This document shows positions 52,879-64,000 of a stretch of DNA of 64,000 bases, piece after piece. Below the pieces are notes generated by a model. It was not told the DNA's origin, did not search any database, and was given only the letters and a program-made list of their open reading frames with translations. Each line of letters opens with the position of its first letter. Positions within the stretch are counted from its first letter, which is position 1. Origin of the DNA: Callorhinchus milii (Eukaryota); assembly GCF_018977255.1 (NCBI RefSeq), contig NW_024704743.1:56112001-56176000 (forward strand), in the 5' to 3' direction. Both the position numbers and the translations under genes were made by a program.

Positions 52879-54904
52879 AGTGAGCACCAAATTTCTGTAG
52901 CTTAACACAATCAAGACTGAAGCCCTACTTGGCTCCTACCAGTGTCCCCTCACCTCCACCTCCTCAACTTTTCCAGCCCATCTCTCAAATTTGACAAACC
53001 ACTGTGCAACCTCAGCATCTGGTTCGATCCTCACTTGTCCTTCCTACAGTTTTGTCCTAAACAGGACTATTTTCCTCCACCACATTGCCCCTCTAACCCT
53101 ACTTCACACCTAATGATACTGAACCCTTCAGCCACACATTTGTCACCTCCTGCCTTGATTTCTCAAAAACACTCCTTGCTGGTCTCTACAGTTCCATTAT
53201 CCATAAGGTTCAAAACTCCACTGACCAGATCCTCACACACACCGAACTCTGCATACATCACTCCAATCTTCACCAGACTTCTTGTCTCCAAATAGATCGA
53301 CTTCAAGATCCTCACCCTTGCATACAAATCCCTTCAATCCCTAGCCCTTCCTTAACTCTCTGATGTGCTCAAAACTATAGCTATAATTCTTGCATTTGCA
53401 TTAGATACCTGCCCCCTTTGTTCAGCTAACACAGGCCTGCTACATGTCCCCTGAGTCAGGGGCCCTGACCTTCCACACCACCACTGGTTACTGTGCCTTT
53501 AGCCACTATAATCCTTTATCTCTCAAACTCCCTGCTTCAATCCCTACCCTCTATCTTGAAATCCCATCCAAAAACCTACTTCTTTGACCACAAATACGTC
53601 ACCTCCCCTTTTACCTGACATCTAACCAGTGTATGATTCTGTATTCATGAAACTTCATTGATGGGTGTTGGCCATGAGTTAACTCCCCAGGTTAAAAATG
53701 AAAGGCATTTTTAATTAAAGATTATTTTTTGATAGTGCGGGACCTTACATTGTTCGACTGCTCTGGTCCATACAAACTTGTCAAAGTGCTGGTTGGATAT
53801 CTATTAATGAATTTGTCAGCACACCACATAATAAACAATTCTATCCTAGTTGTTGGAGGTAAGTGGGGGTCACCTTAATAATAATAATAATAATCCTTGC
53901 ATTTGATATAGCACCTTGGCAACAGAATAACAGAATTGAGTCCATCTTCTGTTGACTGTGGTAGTCTCGGTAATCTGGTTCCTGAGCCAGGCAGTTTTAC
54001 ACTCTAGACCATTGCTGATGATGGACCATACCTCTCTGAGGAATTGGTGGTAAACATTTGGTTTTGCCTGGTAATGGGTTGCTGCATGTGTTAGACACCC
54101 AGCTGACCAACCCCCAATCCCACAAATAACTCATTGTTATTAAAATAGAACATATTCAAGGGGAGGGAGAGGCAGCATAGATTAGAACTTCAAACACTTT
54201 TAGAAATATGCCTAGGATTGGTTAAACCGTTTCCTAACTGGAGGGCATTGGTAATGTTTTTATAGCTGTATTCTTTTAGAACAAGGTCAATACTGCAATG
54301 AAACAAACTTTTCCCTTTAAACATCTGTCTATCATCCAGACATCTGCCATTGTACAGTAATGGAGCTCTTTATGGAATTAAGCTTTAGAGTCGAGCTTCC
54401 AAAAATATTTGAAATATATTGTAGCTGAATGTTATACAATGTGCACTGTTTTCTCAATTTATTATACATATTCACAATACGAGATCAAGGTTTGCTTTCT
54501 TTTATGACAAAAGGAGGAGGGGAAGCTGTCTAATTTGACCGGAGCATAAAGAACCACTCAGATGATTACTGTGCTCTGCTCTGAATGCAGTCAGGTTTGA
54601 TTGAATGATTGATGGCTATTTTCATGAGAGAAGGTGGCTAAGAGGAGCTATAATGCATGTATTTAAAACCAGGAGGTGTACTTACATCACATATTCATGA
54701 AACCATGAACAAAATATGCAATTTAGTTAGTTATTTTTCCGAAGAGTGCTGTGGGGTAAGGTGGAACGTGGTCTAATTTTTACAAAAATATATTTAATAT
54801 ATAGCAGTCAGAATAGAAGCTATAGACAAAAACGATTGGAGACATTATATCAATTTTTCCTTTGACACATTTTATAGCAGTTTTGGCAGTTTTTTTATGT
54901 GTCC

Positions 54905-57070
54905 GATTTGTTAGATGCAGATACAAGTTGCACTTGGTTATCGCACAGAATGAACATTTTATAGCACTTGATTGAGTGTAATGGTGGAACCGAGCAAGGA
55001 TATGCAATAAACCCCCATCTTACCGAACTCTGGGTATCCAGGATTCGTATCCAGCTGGACCTGGGCAAAGTGTGGTTGATGAGGAGGGTTTTGAGACCTG
55101 CCTTGAAGGAGGCAAGGGAGGGAGGCAAAGGGAATGTGAGATGGATTTCCAAAAGTTGGGGGCAGAAAGCTTGAAGACCTGACCACTGATGGTGGAGCAG
55201 GCCGGAGCCTTCTGAGTGGAGGGAGTGGACAGGTTGATATGGGATCAGCATGGTGCAGAGGTAGAAAGGAGCGAAGTCATGGAACACATTGAAGGTGAGG
55301 ATGAGGATTTTGAACTCTATCCGATGGGGAGCCTGTGGAACCGGGCGAGGGTGGGCGTGATGGGGTCACGGAGCCTGGTGCAGGAAAGGACACAAGTTGC
55401 AGAGTTCTAATCTGCAGCTTGTGGAGGGAAGAGTTGGGGAGACTGACAAGCAGTGAGTTGGTGTAGTCGAGCCTAGATGTGATGAATGTGTGGGTGAGGA
55501 TTTCGGGGGCCTGAGGGTTGAGGCAGTGGCGGAGCCGGGCGATGTTGTGGAGGTGGGGTAAGGCAGAGCAGGTCATGGATGTGATATACAAAGGATAGTT
55601 GAAGGTCAAACAAAACCCCAAGGTTCTGGACTGGCTTAGCAAGGTGGAGTGTGCATCCCTGTGTGGTGATGCTGTTAGTGCCTGAGGTGTGGAAGTGCTA
55701 ACGGGAGCCAATCAGGAGAGCTTCGGTCTTGTTGACATTCATCTGTAGAAAGTTAGCTCTCATCCAAGACTTGATCAACTTCAAGGACACAAATTATGCA
55801 GACTCATCCAAAACCTCTGATTGTCCAGTGCCCTGGAACATCTTTCCGACGTGAAGGGGATTATACAAATATTAGTTGTTGATGATGAAGATAATACTGT
55901 CTGACAGACATTCTGTCAGGACAGCAGTGGTCCTGGAGTCGAGGGTGGAGGCACAGAAATAGATTTGGGTTTCATCCGCGTACATGCGGAAGAAGATGTC
56001 ATCCGCAGACATGGGGTAAATTTCCACATGTATGCAGATGACACTCAACTCTTCCTCTCTGCCTCCATCCTGAACTCCAGGACTGTTGGCGTCCTGACCG
56101 ACTGCCTGTCCGACATCAAGTCCTGGACGAGGACCACCTTTCTCCAACTCAACGTCAGCAAGACCGAGGTCCTCCTGATTGGCTCGTGCCAGCACCTGCA
56201 CACCTCAGGCGCTGGCAGCATCAGCCTCCACGGTTGCACACTCAACCTCACTAAACCAGTCAGGAACCTGGGTGTGTTGTTTGACCTTGAACTGTCCTTT
56301 CGCCCCCACATCCGCACCATGACTGGCACTGCCTACCATCACCTCCGCAACCCTCAGGCTGCTGAAACCCTCACCCATGCATTCTCACCTCAAGGCTTGA
56401 TTACAGGAACTTCTTCCTCATCGGCCTTCCCAACTCATCCATTCACAAGCTGCAGATCATCCAAAACTCTGCAGCTCGTGTACTCTCACGTACCAGGCTC
56501 CGTGACCCAACACTCCCACTCTCGCTCGACCCCACTGACTCCCTATCCCCCAGAGGATCGAGTTCAAGATCCTCGCCCTCACTTTCAAGGCCATCCATGG
56601 CCTTGCCCCTCCTACCTCTCTAACCTGCTGACTCCCTACCAACCTGCCCGCTCCCTCCGTTCGGCGGGCTCCGTCCTGCTCCACGTCTCCTGCCCGACCC
56701 ACCCTACCATCGGTGGCCGGGCTTTCAGCCTTTCTGCCCCCACACTCTGGAACTCCATCTCACAGTCCCTTCGCCTCGCTTCCTCCCTTGCGTCCTTCTA
56801 GGCTGGTCTTAAGACCCTTCTCTTTGACCGTGTCTTTGGTCTCCCTCCCACCTCTCTGCCTTCTCTCACCCCACACCACCCCTCCCCCATGCTCGGGCCC
56901 CGACACCTGACTGTTCAGTGCTTTGGGACGTCCTCCTGAGTGAAAGGCGCTCTATAAATGTAATTTTGTTGTTGTTGTACATGTGGAAGTTGACCCCATG
57001 TCTGTGGATTATGTCACCAAGATGGAGCATGTAGATATTGAAGAGGAGGAGACCAAGACAGAGCCCTGAG
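54905..57070 (-). mobile_element. Host L2 LINE in three pieces (about 54905-55774, 55898-55992, 56977-57070)
   Basis: The minus strand reads QGSVLG..LFNIYMLHLGDIIHRHGVNFHMY|ADETQIYF..HTFITSRLDYTNSLL. Confidence 0.85.
55993..56976 (+). mobile_element. L2 LINE nested antisense in the host L2, 13-bp TSD
   Basis: ORF DVIRRHGVNFHMYADDTQLF..IGGRAFSLSAPTLWNS, (GTT)n tail. GTACATG[C/T]GGAAG at 55980-55992 and 56977-56989. Confidence 0.92.
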
Positions 57071-59034
57071 CTAGTACTGACTATGTCAGTACTAGAATTG
57101 TGATTATACTTAGCCAGAAATTACGGCTCGCCAGACTGGATCGGCCCCTCCCCTTCCCTTAGGCTGGCTAGCTGGTGTTTTAGTGTATTAAGGATACTGA
57201 CCAAAGGCACGGTTTACGCGGGATTTTTATTTTTATTTTAAAAGCAGGAAGAAAGGAAATTAGATAAATAATATGGGAGAATGTTCCAGAAGACAGGGCC
57301 TGGCATGAGGAGAGTCTGATATTATTAACTAATTTGGGGTTAAGGAAAGTTTGATGGAGCTGAATTGGAAAAGCGGACGTTGTCAACATAAAATAAAGCA
57401 ATCTGAAATGAGGACAATCTACACAGGACAGGAGTGGGTGAGAGGCTTGGAGAAGTGAGAAGGGGGTGAAGGAGACTGAGTAAAACAAGTCGAAGACTCA
57501 AATTCTGGAGACCAGGAAATCTTGGCTATAATTCAGCTGTACTATAAATTTGACCAGCACGCTGGCTCAAAACCGCCTGGCATCATTTTACTTGTGCAAC
57601 CTTAATCTCCAGTGGTACAATGTGGAGCAATTGCTGTGTTCAATGAAGTCAGTCACCTTATCCACTTTCCTCTATGGTGTCAACATCAGTCGAGGCCTAG
57701 ACCATTTAGATGCTGATCTTCTCATTCCTTTATTTACTAGATGAAATATACCAAACAATTACAATGTACAATTATAGAGCAGCTGAATGGGACCGGGAAG
57801 GGGGAAACTGAGGAGGGGTAGAAGACTGCTAAAAGTGGGGCCGAAAAGATAACTTTTAAGGTGGGAGAGGCAGAGAGACTCTGGAATGGAGTTCCAGAGA
57901 GTGGGGACAATGAAGCATTCCAGTTGGAAAGAATTTGTTTCTTACGGCCTACAAGATACTCCTTTAAAAACCTACCATGATGCTTTCAATCAACACCCTT
58001 CAAACACTTTCCCCACTCAGGGCTCCCACTCAAGATGTTCATCCTCTGTGAAAGGTGTTATGTACTTGCAGGGTCATTGTGGTTTCATTCCTTGTCCCTT
58101 CCTCCAGTTTGGGGTGTATGTACACAAATGGGTCGCACATCTCCAGATATGAAGGCTGCTGGGGAACCATTTACATGATACAACTGGATAGACCTGGTTA
58201 AAATGTGCCAAAAGGAAAATGCAGCAGCTTTATTTAGAATCATGGAAGCTTGCAGTGCAATTTTCATGAATTTTCCTGCAAGAAAATAAGCCAATTAAGT
58301 CTGGTGTTTCTTTAAACTAATCTGATGCTGGTTTAGAAAATAATTGTGTGGCTTAGAGCATGTTAAGCAGTTATAAAGGGAAATGTGGTCACTAGTGCTT
58401 TGTGCTGCATGTATTATTGGAAGGTACAACCAAAATACTGATTACCAAACACACATGCATGTCTCTGAGAAGTCACTGAGGAGTTTTGATGTGATCTTTC
58501 AAGGCAGAACCAACATGGAATCTCATCCATGCGGCTGCTAAATGGAAATGTACTGAATAATCTAGTCATATCAAACAGAGGAACAAGCTAAGAAGACTAC
58601 ATGGCTTTTTATAATATTTCCTTAGGCTTTTATTTTCCTTTGAACAGTAAACTAAATTTTGCATTACAATGGCAATGTTATGCTACCACAGAGCACAATC
58701 ATAACCATCAGGATGGGTTATTAAATATTGAAACAGAATATTACAGCATGTTAATTATTGAAGCCAAGAGTCTCCAAGTAAACAAGGCTCTCTTTAGGTT
58801 CAGTGAGGTGCGATGATTACACCATAATCCATCAGGAATAAAACCGAGAAGAGAAACTAAATAACATCATCCTTGCCTTGCGCAGATGAGATTACAGACT
58901 AAATCCTTAGCAAAGTAGAAACTAATGATCTTTGAAAACCTCAAAATAGATGAGCATATTTTATTTAGAACTTGCCATTACTGAAATATGTTGGCCAAAA
59001 GGCTCATGTAAATGTAATAAAACACTCACAAGGA

Positions 59035-59960
59035 GAGATGTAAACAGTGGTGTCCCCAGGGTCAGTGTTAGGACCACTACTTTTTTTCTATTCATATGAT
59101 TGATCTGATTCTGGTATAAGGGACACAATTTCTAAGTTTGTAGATGATGTGAAAATATGGTGTGTGTCTAACAATGAAAAAGATTTAAACAATTTCAGGA
59201 GGACATAGACAGATTAGTTGATTTGGCAGAGAAATGGCAAATGAAATTCAATGCAGACTAATATGAAGTTATACATTTTAGGAGGAAGAATAAGGAAACA
59301 AGTATATATGTTGGATGTAAAATATTAAGAGTGGAAGAGTAAAGAGATTTGGAAGTTAATGTACATAAATCCTTACAAGGTGGGAAGGCAGGTGGACAAA
59401 GCTGTGAAAAAAGCTAATGGAATCTTTGCATTTATATTCTATAAATTTATTTAGTAATCCTAAGCGATAATGCTAAACACATTTAAATAATTATGTTGGA
59501 CTGCAGTTAGAATATTATGTCAGTATTGGTCACCCAACTTAAGAAGAGATGTCAAGGCAATAGAGGAATTGCAGAGGAGATTTATTAAGATGATACTGGA
59601 TTGAGTGGTTCAGTCTATGAGGAGAGACTGGTTTTTTACTGAAACAAAGAAGGCCTGTAATACATGCTGACTTGATGGAGGTCCTTAAAATTATGAGGGT
59701 TTTTGATAGTCGGAAGAAATTATTTCCACTGGTTGGCGAATCAGTAATTGGAGGTCATCAATTTCAGATTGTTAGTAAACATGTAAAGGTAGGTTAAGAG
59801 AAATGTTTACACGCACTGCAGTTAGGATATGGAATGTACTGCCAGGAACTGTAGTTGAGCAAAATCATATTAGTATTCAAGCAGAACTAGACAGAAATTC
59901 AAAACAGTCAGCTACAAGGGTATGGAGAAATGGCAGGTACGTGGGACTGAAAGGTTTGCT
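59035..59960 (+). mobile_element. Degenerate CR1 LINE 3' part
   Basis: SGVPQG.VLGPLLF, ISKFVDDVK, LAEKWQMKFNA, LQRRFIKMI and AVRIWNVLP motifs with many stops and frameshifts. Confidence 0.85.
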
Positions 59961-60330
59961 CAAGGGAACTGGCAAAGACATGTTGGTGCTGAATAAAAAT
60001 AATAATAATAATCCTTACATTTGGTATAGCGCTTTTTATGTCTTCTAGATGTCTCAAAGCGCTACTCAGAATATACTGTAAAGTGAATTGACTGTATATT
60101 TGTGGGCAAAACACTTAGCTCCCAGGTTTATGTGAGACAGTAGCAGGAAAGAGAAGAAAATACTATTAAAATGAATGCAGTTCTATAGGGACTATGCATA
60201 TTTTTTAAATTCATTTTGTTAATGCATTGAGTGTAGGTGCATTTGTGTTCCTTGTTCTCTATCTAGTATGTTTTGCTATTTATCTCATCACTAATCTATT
60301 ACCTTCTCTTGTGCCTCTTTTGCTACTCAG

Positions 60331-60351
60331 AAGCAGGATGTTCTCACTCAA
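60331..60351 (+). CDS. DGKB: Diacylglycerol kinase beta, 21-nt microexon (KQDVLTQ)
   Basis: Branch-like CACTAAT at 60289-60295, pyrimidine tract, then ctactcag|AAGCAGGATGTTCTCACTCAA|gtaagt. Phase 0/0. Matches the KQDILNQ heptapeptide that follows KYNPEG in human DGKB, which favours DGKB over DGKA/DGKG. Confidence 0.85.
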
Positions 60352-63300
60352 GTAAGTAATGAAGCTTTATTTTATTTCCTAAATTCTAATCTCTTGTATG
60401 TGGTCTGTGACTGGTCTGTAAAATTTGCCATTCACGTCACGTTGGTTATTGATGTGTGCACATTGGCTGCACTTTACAGATTATCCTGTAATCTGTAAAA
60501 TAATCCTGTAAAATAATTTTGAGATGACCTCCTGACATGAGAGGAGGAATAACAAATGTAAGTATTGTTGAATCTTTCTACAATTTCTTGTGCATTTCAT
60601 ATATGCACGTTTCAGTATGCCCATGTTTATATGCAGATACAGTTATAGCTACTTACAGTAAACCATTTGAGCTTTTTCAATCTTTTATGAATTTTTTTAT
60701 TTAATGGAAAATTGATTTATAACCTTTCTTTCCTGATCTCCAGGTCTTTTGTTTCATAATCCTATCTTTTTGGTTTTCTTTCTGATTTTTCACTGCTCCT
60801 CTCCCTACTTGCTACATTTAAAGGCTCTGAGTTTGATCATTTTCTTGATATTTTGGACTCCCCATTAATCTGCAAGTGCTGGGAATTGCATAATTTTATT
60901 GTGAATGTATAAAAGTCTCTTGCTCTTTTGTGGTGTTTAATCATCTGCTTCTTCCTGTTGAGCACTTTCCTAATATCTGATTTGTTAATTGCTGGAAGTT
61001 GGATTTTAATCTCTGGGTTTATATGAAATCCATAAAACCTGTACTTTGCTTGTTGTCGTCCCAAAACAACTGAGTGACAGTCTCTTTGTTCCTGGTCAGC
61101 CCTACGAAGCTTCATATATCCAATAGATGTACTGTTTTGCAACAGCAATGACTTCTTCCCTGATGTAACTGAGCCAACGCTATATAATTGAAGACTAAAA
61201 AAAGTAAGACATAATCCTTCCTGAAATAGCTGATTGTGACACAGGAATGGGGTATTTATAGCCATGGTTGGCCTTTCATGCCATTAAATCAATGCAATTA
61301 AGCTTTTGTTATTTCTATTAAAGTCCTTTTCAAATCATCTCAGGAGTGGTGCAATAAAAAGAATCTAATTCCACACCTTATCTTGCCTGGAGTAAACCTA
61401 ACTGATATATACTTCCAACAGACGAGGGATCAGCTCAGTACAAATAACCCCAACCATTTATAATCCTGCCACAATGGTCCTGAAACCAAGTGCAATATGA
61501 ATAACGGCAGCCCAGTACCTTGTCACAACATCCTGACATGAATGTACCTTGTGTGGACATTCTTAAGCATGAATGAAAACTCCTCCCACACCTCATTCAA
61601 GGTCCATCTCAAGACCTACTTCTTTGACCGCACTTTCAGCCATCTTTCTCCTCACCCCCGTTGTCTCCCACCCTGAGCTTGGGTGCCAGGCTATTATTGT
61701 TAAGTGCCTTGGGACATCGTCCTGACTTGAAAGGCACTATAATAATGTGAATTGTTCTGTATTGACGCAGTGAGATATACGAATACAATAAAACTTGCAT
61801 AAATCTTATCTTTATGAATTGTATAATCGTCCAACAAAAACAACAAATGACATTTGTGTAGAGCCTTGACGTCAGGAGGACGTCCCAAGGTGCTGGACAG
61901 TAAGGGATCTGCACCCCAAGTCATACATCCATCCGAGTCCCATTCAGTTTCCTATCAAAACTAGTTATTCCTTTGCACCAGTCATATTAATAATTTCCTA
62001 GCTCATAACATTGCTCCCTGTCTTCAATTACTCCCACACTTACTGGCTTCATTGAATCTCGGGAAAAGACCCCTGACTGTCACTGCATACCCAGCTACCG
62101 GTTGGCTGCATTGAGTTGCGGAAACATAGTCTTGATCCATCACCACGTGCACAGAAGAACGCTATTTCCCATGATTCAATGTAGTTACAATGCTTGCCAG
62201 TAAGTACCATGTGGTGACGGGTGGGTTAAGCTGCTTTGAATCGCAGGAAACATTCTTCGACCATCACCCTGTGCGCACTTACTGCTGCATTGAATTACAC
62301 ATGCGCAGTTTAAATTATTGATGAAATTAAATCAATTAAATGTAGATTATTGATTAAATTGTTTATGATTTATACACGTTTACCTGCAACTCAGACTTCG
62401 CTTAACTCACATTAAATATTATGATTTGGGCTGATACAATTTATGTGAGTTTTACTGTAGTGATGCTGTATAGTTGTGAAGTTTATACTAATTTTTTTTT
62501 GAAAGTGACACATTTGTTCAATATTGGACAATCCCCTAGCAGTAACAAGTGTGTTTTATGATGCACTGGATCTTTCTAATACAATATTTTGAGTTTGAGT
62601 TGATTTACTACCTATTAATGGACTGAACATCAGTAATCAATTATCACTGTCAATTATAAAAATGTCTCTAACATCTCTATTACCTATATCGTTTCTACCA
62701 GTTCAACAACTGTCTACATAAAGGAGGTGACATAGAAAGACTGTTTTATATCAATAATCACTGTGGGGAAGTACTTCCATAGAGCATTTGATGCCAAAGG
62801 CTAACTTTCTTGTGCTGTGTGTGCAAATGGCACCAACAAGCCTTTGTAAATCTTTGCAAAAAGCCCACGGCATCAGTTGCCAGGACCATCATAACTCTGG
62901 ATCACGAGAGGCTTTTGGAATGTCATTTTTGCTACAGAGGCTGAACACCCAGCATATTCTCCCGTCAATCCAGCAATCAGCACCTTCATCCTCTGAAAGG
63001 CTTCATGGATAAGCAGATCCCAGGGGCTTTCATTCCCACCAACATCTTAATTTCAGATTCACAATAAAATTGTAGCCACTGCTCTTCTGCAGATAGTTGT
63101 GGTCATTAAACAGCACTTTCTTTCAATTTTTTCCTGCTTCAAACCCTAAATATTGATCTGTTGTAAATATTTCATTAATACTTTAGTGTATGATACCTGT
63201 TTTTTGGTCTCCAGTTTCTCACTGTCCTTTTCTCCCGAAGGTTTTCGACTCTTTATTCTACAGGGTTTCTACAGGGCCCAATTTCCTAGCCTGGAGTTCA

Positions 63301-64000
63301 TTACTCATATGTGAGCCTCGACAGTTCATGATGGCAAACCTCTTCTTATCTGTTGATCACACTTGTACCTGTCCACCCTCTGACACCTTCCAGCAGAGTG
63401 CTTGGATAGCGAGGAAGAGTGGATGATGTATTGGAATATTTGATCTGCTGACTACTTTCTGAATTAAAATTATTCTTGACAGAGAGCTTTTTTTTCCCCT
63501 TGCTAAACCTTCCCTCTCCACCCCCCCATCTCAGCTTAGTTTGGATACTCTTAAGTATGGTGATGGGTTTCTCCATGTGTCAGACACCCAGTTATCCAAA
63601 CCCTCACAAACTCTTCTCTGCTTCAGTTTATACATATTCATAAGCTTGAAGTGGTTTAGTTTGATAAGCAATAATTGGACGACCTAGGGCTCTTCAGGCT
63701 TGGGATGCGGGAGGAAAGAGACTTCTCAAAGGGGAACTGTCTGAAATAATCAAGGAGCATTGCTTTCAGATGCACTGAGATGTCAGAACAAGAACAAACA
63801 GGGTTAGGGTCACAAAGGACTGTTATAGGACAGATGCAGCTTTTATTTTCCCAGAGGAGGAAAAACCTGGAACAGGTTACCAGGCAGGTTTGTTGAGGAA
63901 AAATACTTGACTCGCTTTTTTAACAAAAAATACTTGTTCTGTGATGGGAGTACGGTGATATAGATATTGTAGAAGAATGAGATTAAATGGGCCGAAGGGT

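Noticed and set aside
55965..56801. 278-aa RT ORF as an active or domesticated gene
   Set aside because: 5'-truncated L2 with an internal deletion and frameshifts, lacking the endonuclease and N-terminal RT.
57100..57530. Possible old MITE with terminal inverted repeats (tagccag.. / ..cttggcta)
   Set aside because: Arm similarity is too weak to support by eye.
60352..64000. Next DGKB exon (expected TIDFEGFKLFM-like)
   Set aside because: Not found by eye, presumably beyond the window.

Overview
Vertebrate genomic DNA, AT-rich and dense in repeats. The repeat content (CR1 and L2 LINE fragments, tRNA-headed Deu-domain-like SINEs, a Penelope-type terminal repeat) suggests a cartilaginous fish; this is inference. 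The only intact gene supported is the 5' part of a type I diacylglycerol kinase, most likely DGKB, on the + strand. It has a CpG-rich start region and three coding exons (15012-15099, 45432-45508 and a 21-nt microexon at 60331-60351). These splice in frame to MSVNATATAREQWVTLSPAEFSQLQKYAQYSTKKLKDVLEEFHGSGVLAKYNPEQKQDVLTQ, and the gene continues past the window. Nearly all ORF-track entries are repeat remnants or chance ORFs. The most interesting signals are retrotransposition architecture. (1) A processed CENPK pseudogene without poly(A) sits in a cassette (20-bp G-rich minisatellite + CENPK CDS + (CT)n + SINE with L2-type tail) bounded by a 6-bp direct repeat inside a CR1 tail, suggesting mRNA retroposition via a SINE tail. 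(2) A 147-bp Penelope-type insert has a 14-bp TSD and a 5' end folded back on a hammerhead-like stem. (3) An L2 is inserted antisense into another L2 at the homologous YADD motif. (4) A ~200-bp inverted duplication splits one L2. No prokaryotic systems or CRISPR arrays are present. All family and orthology calls come from remembered consensus sequences, not database searches.
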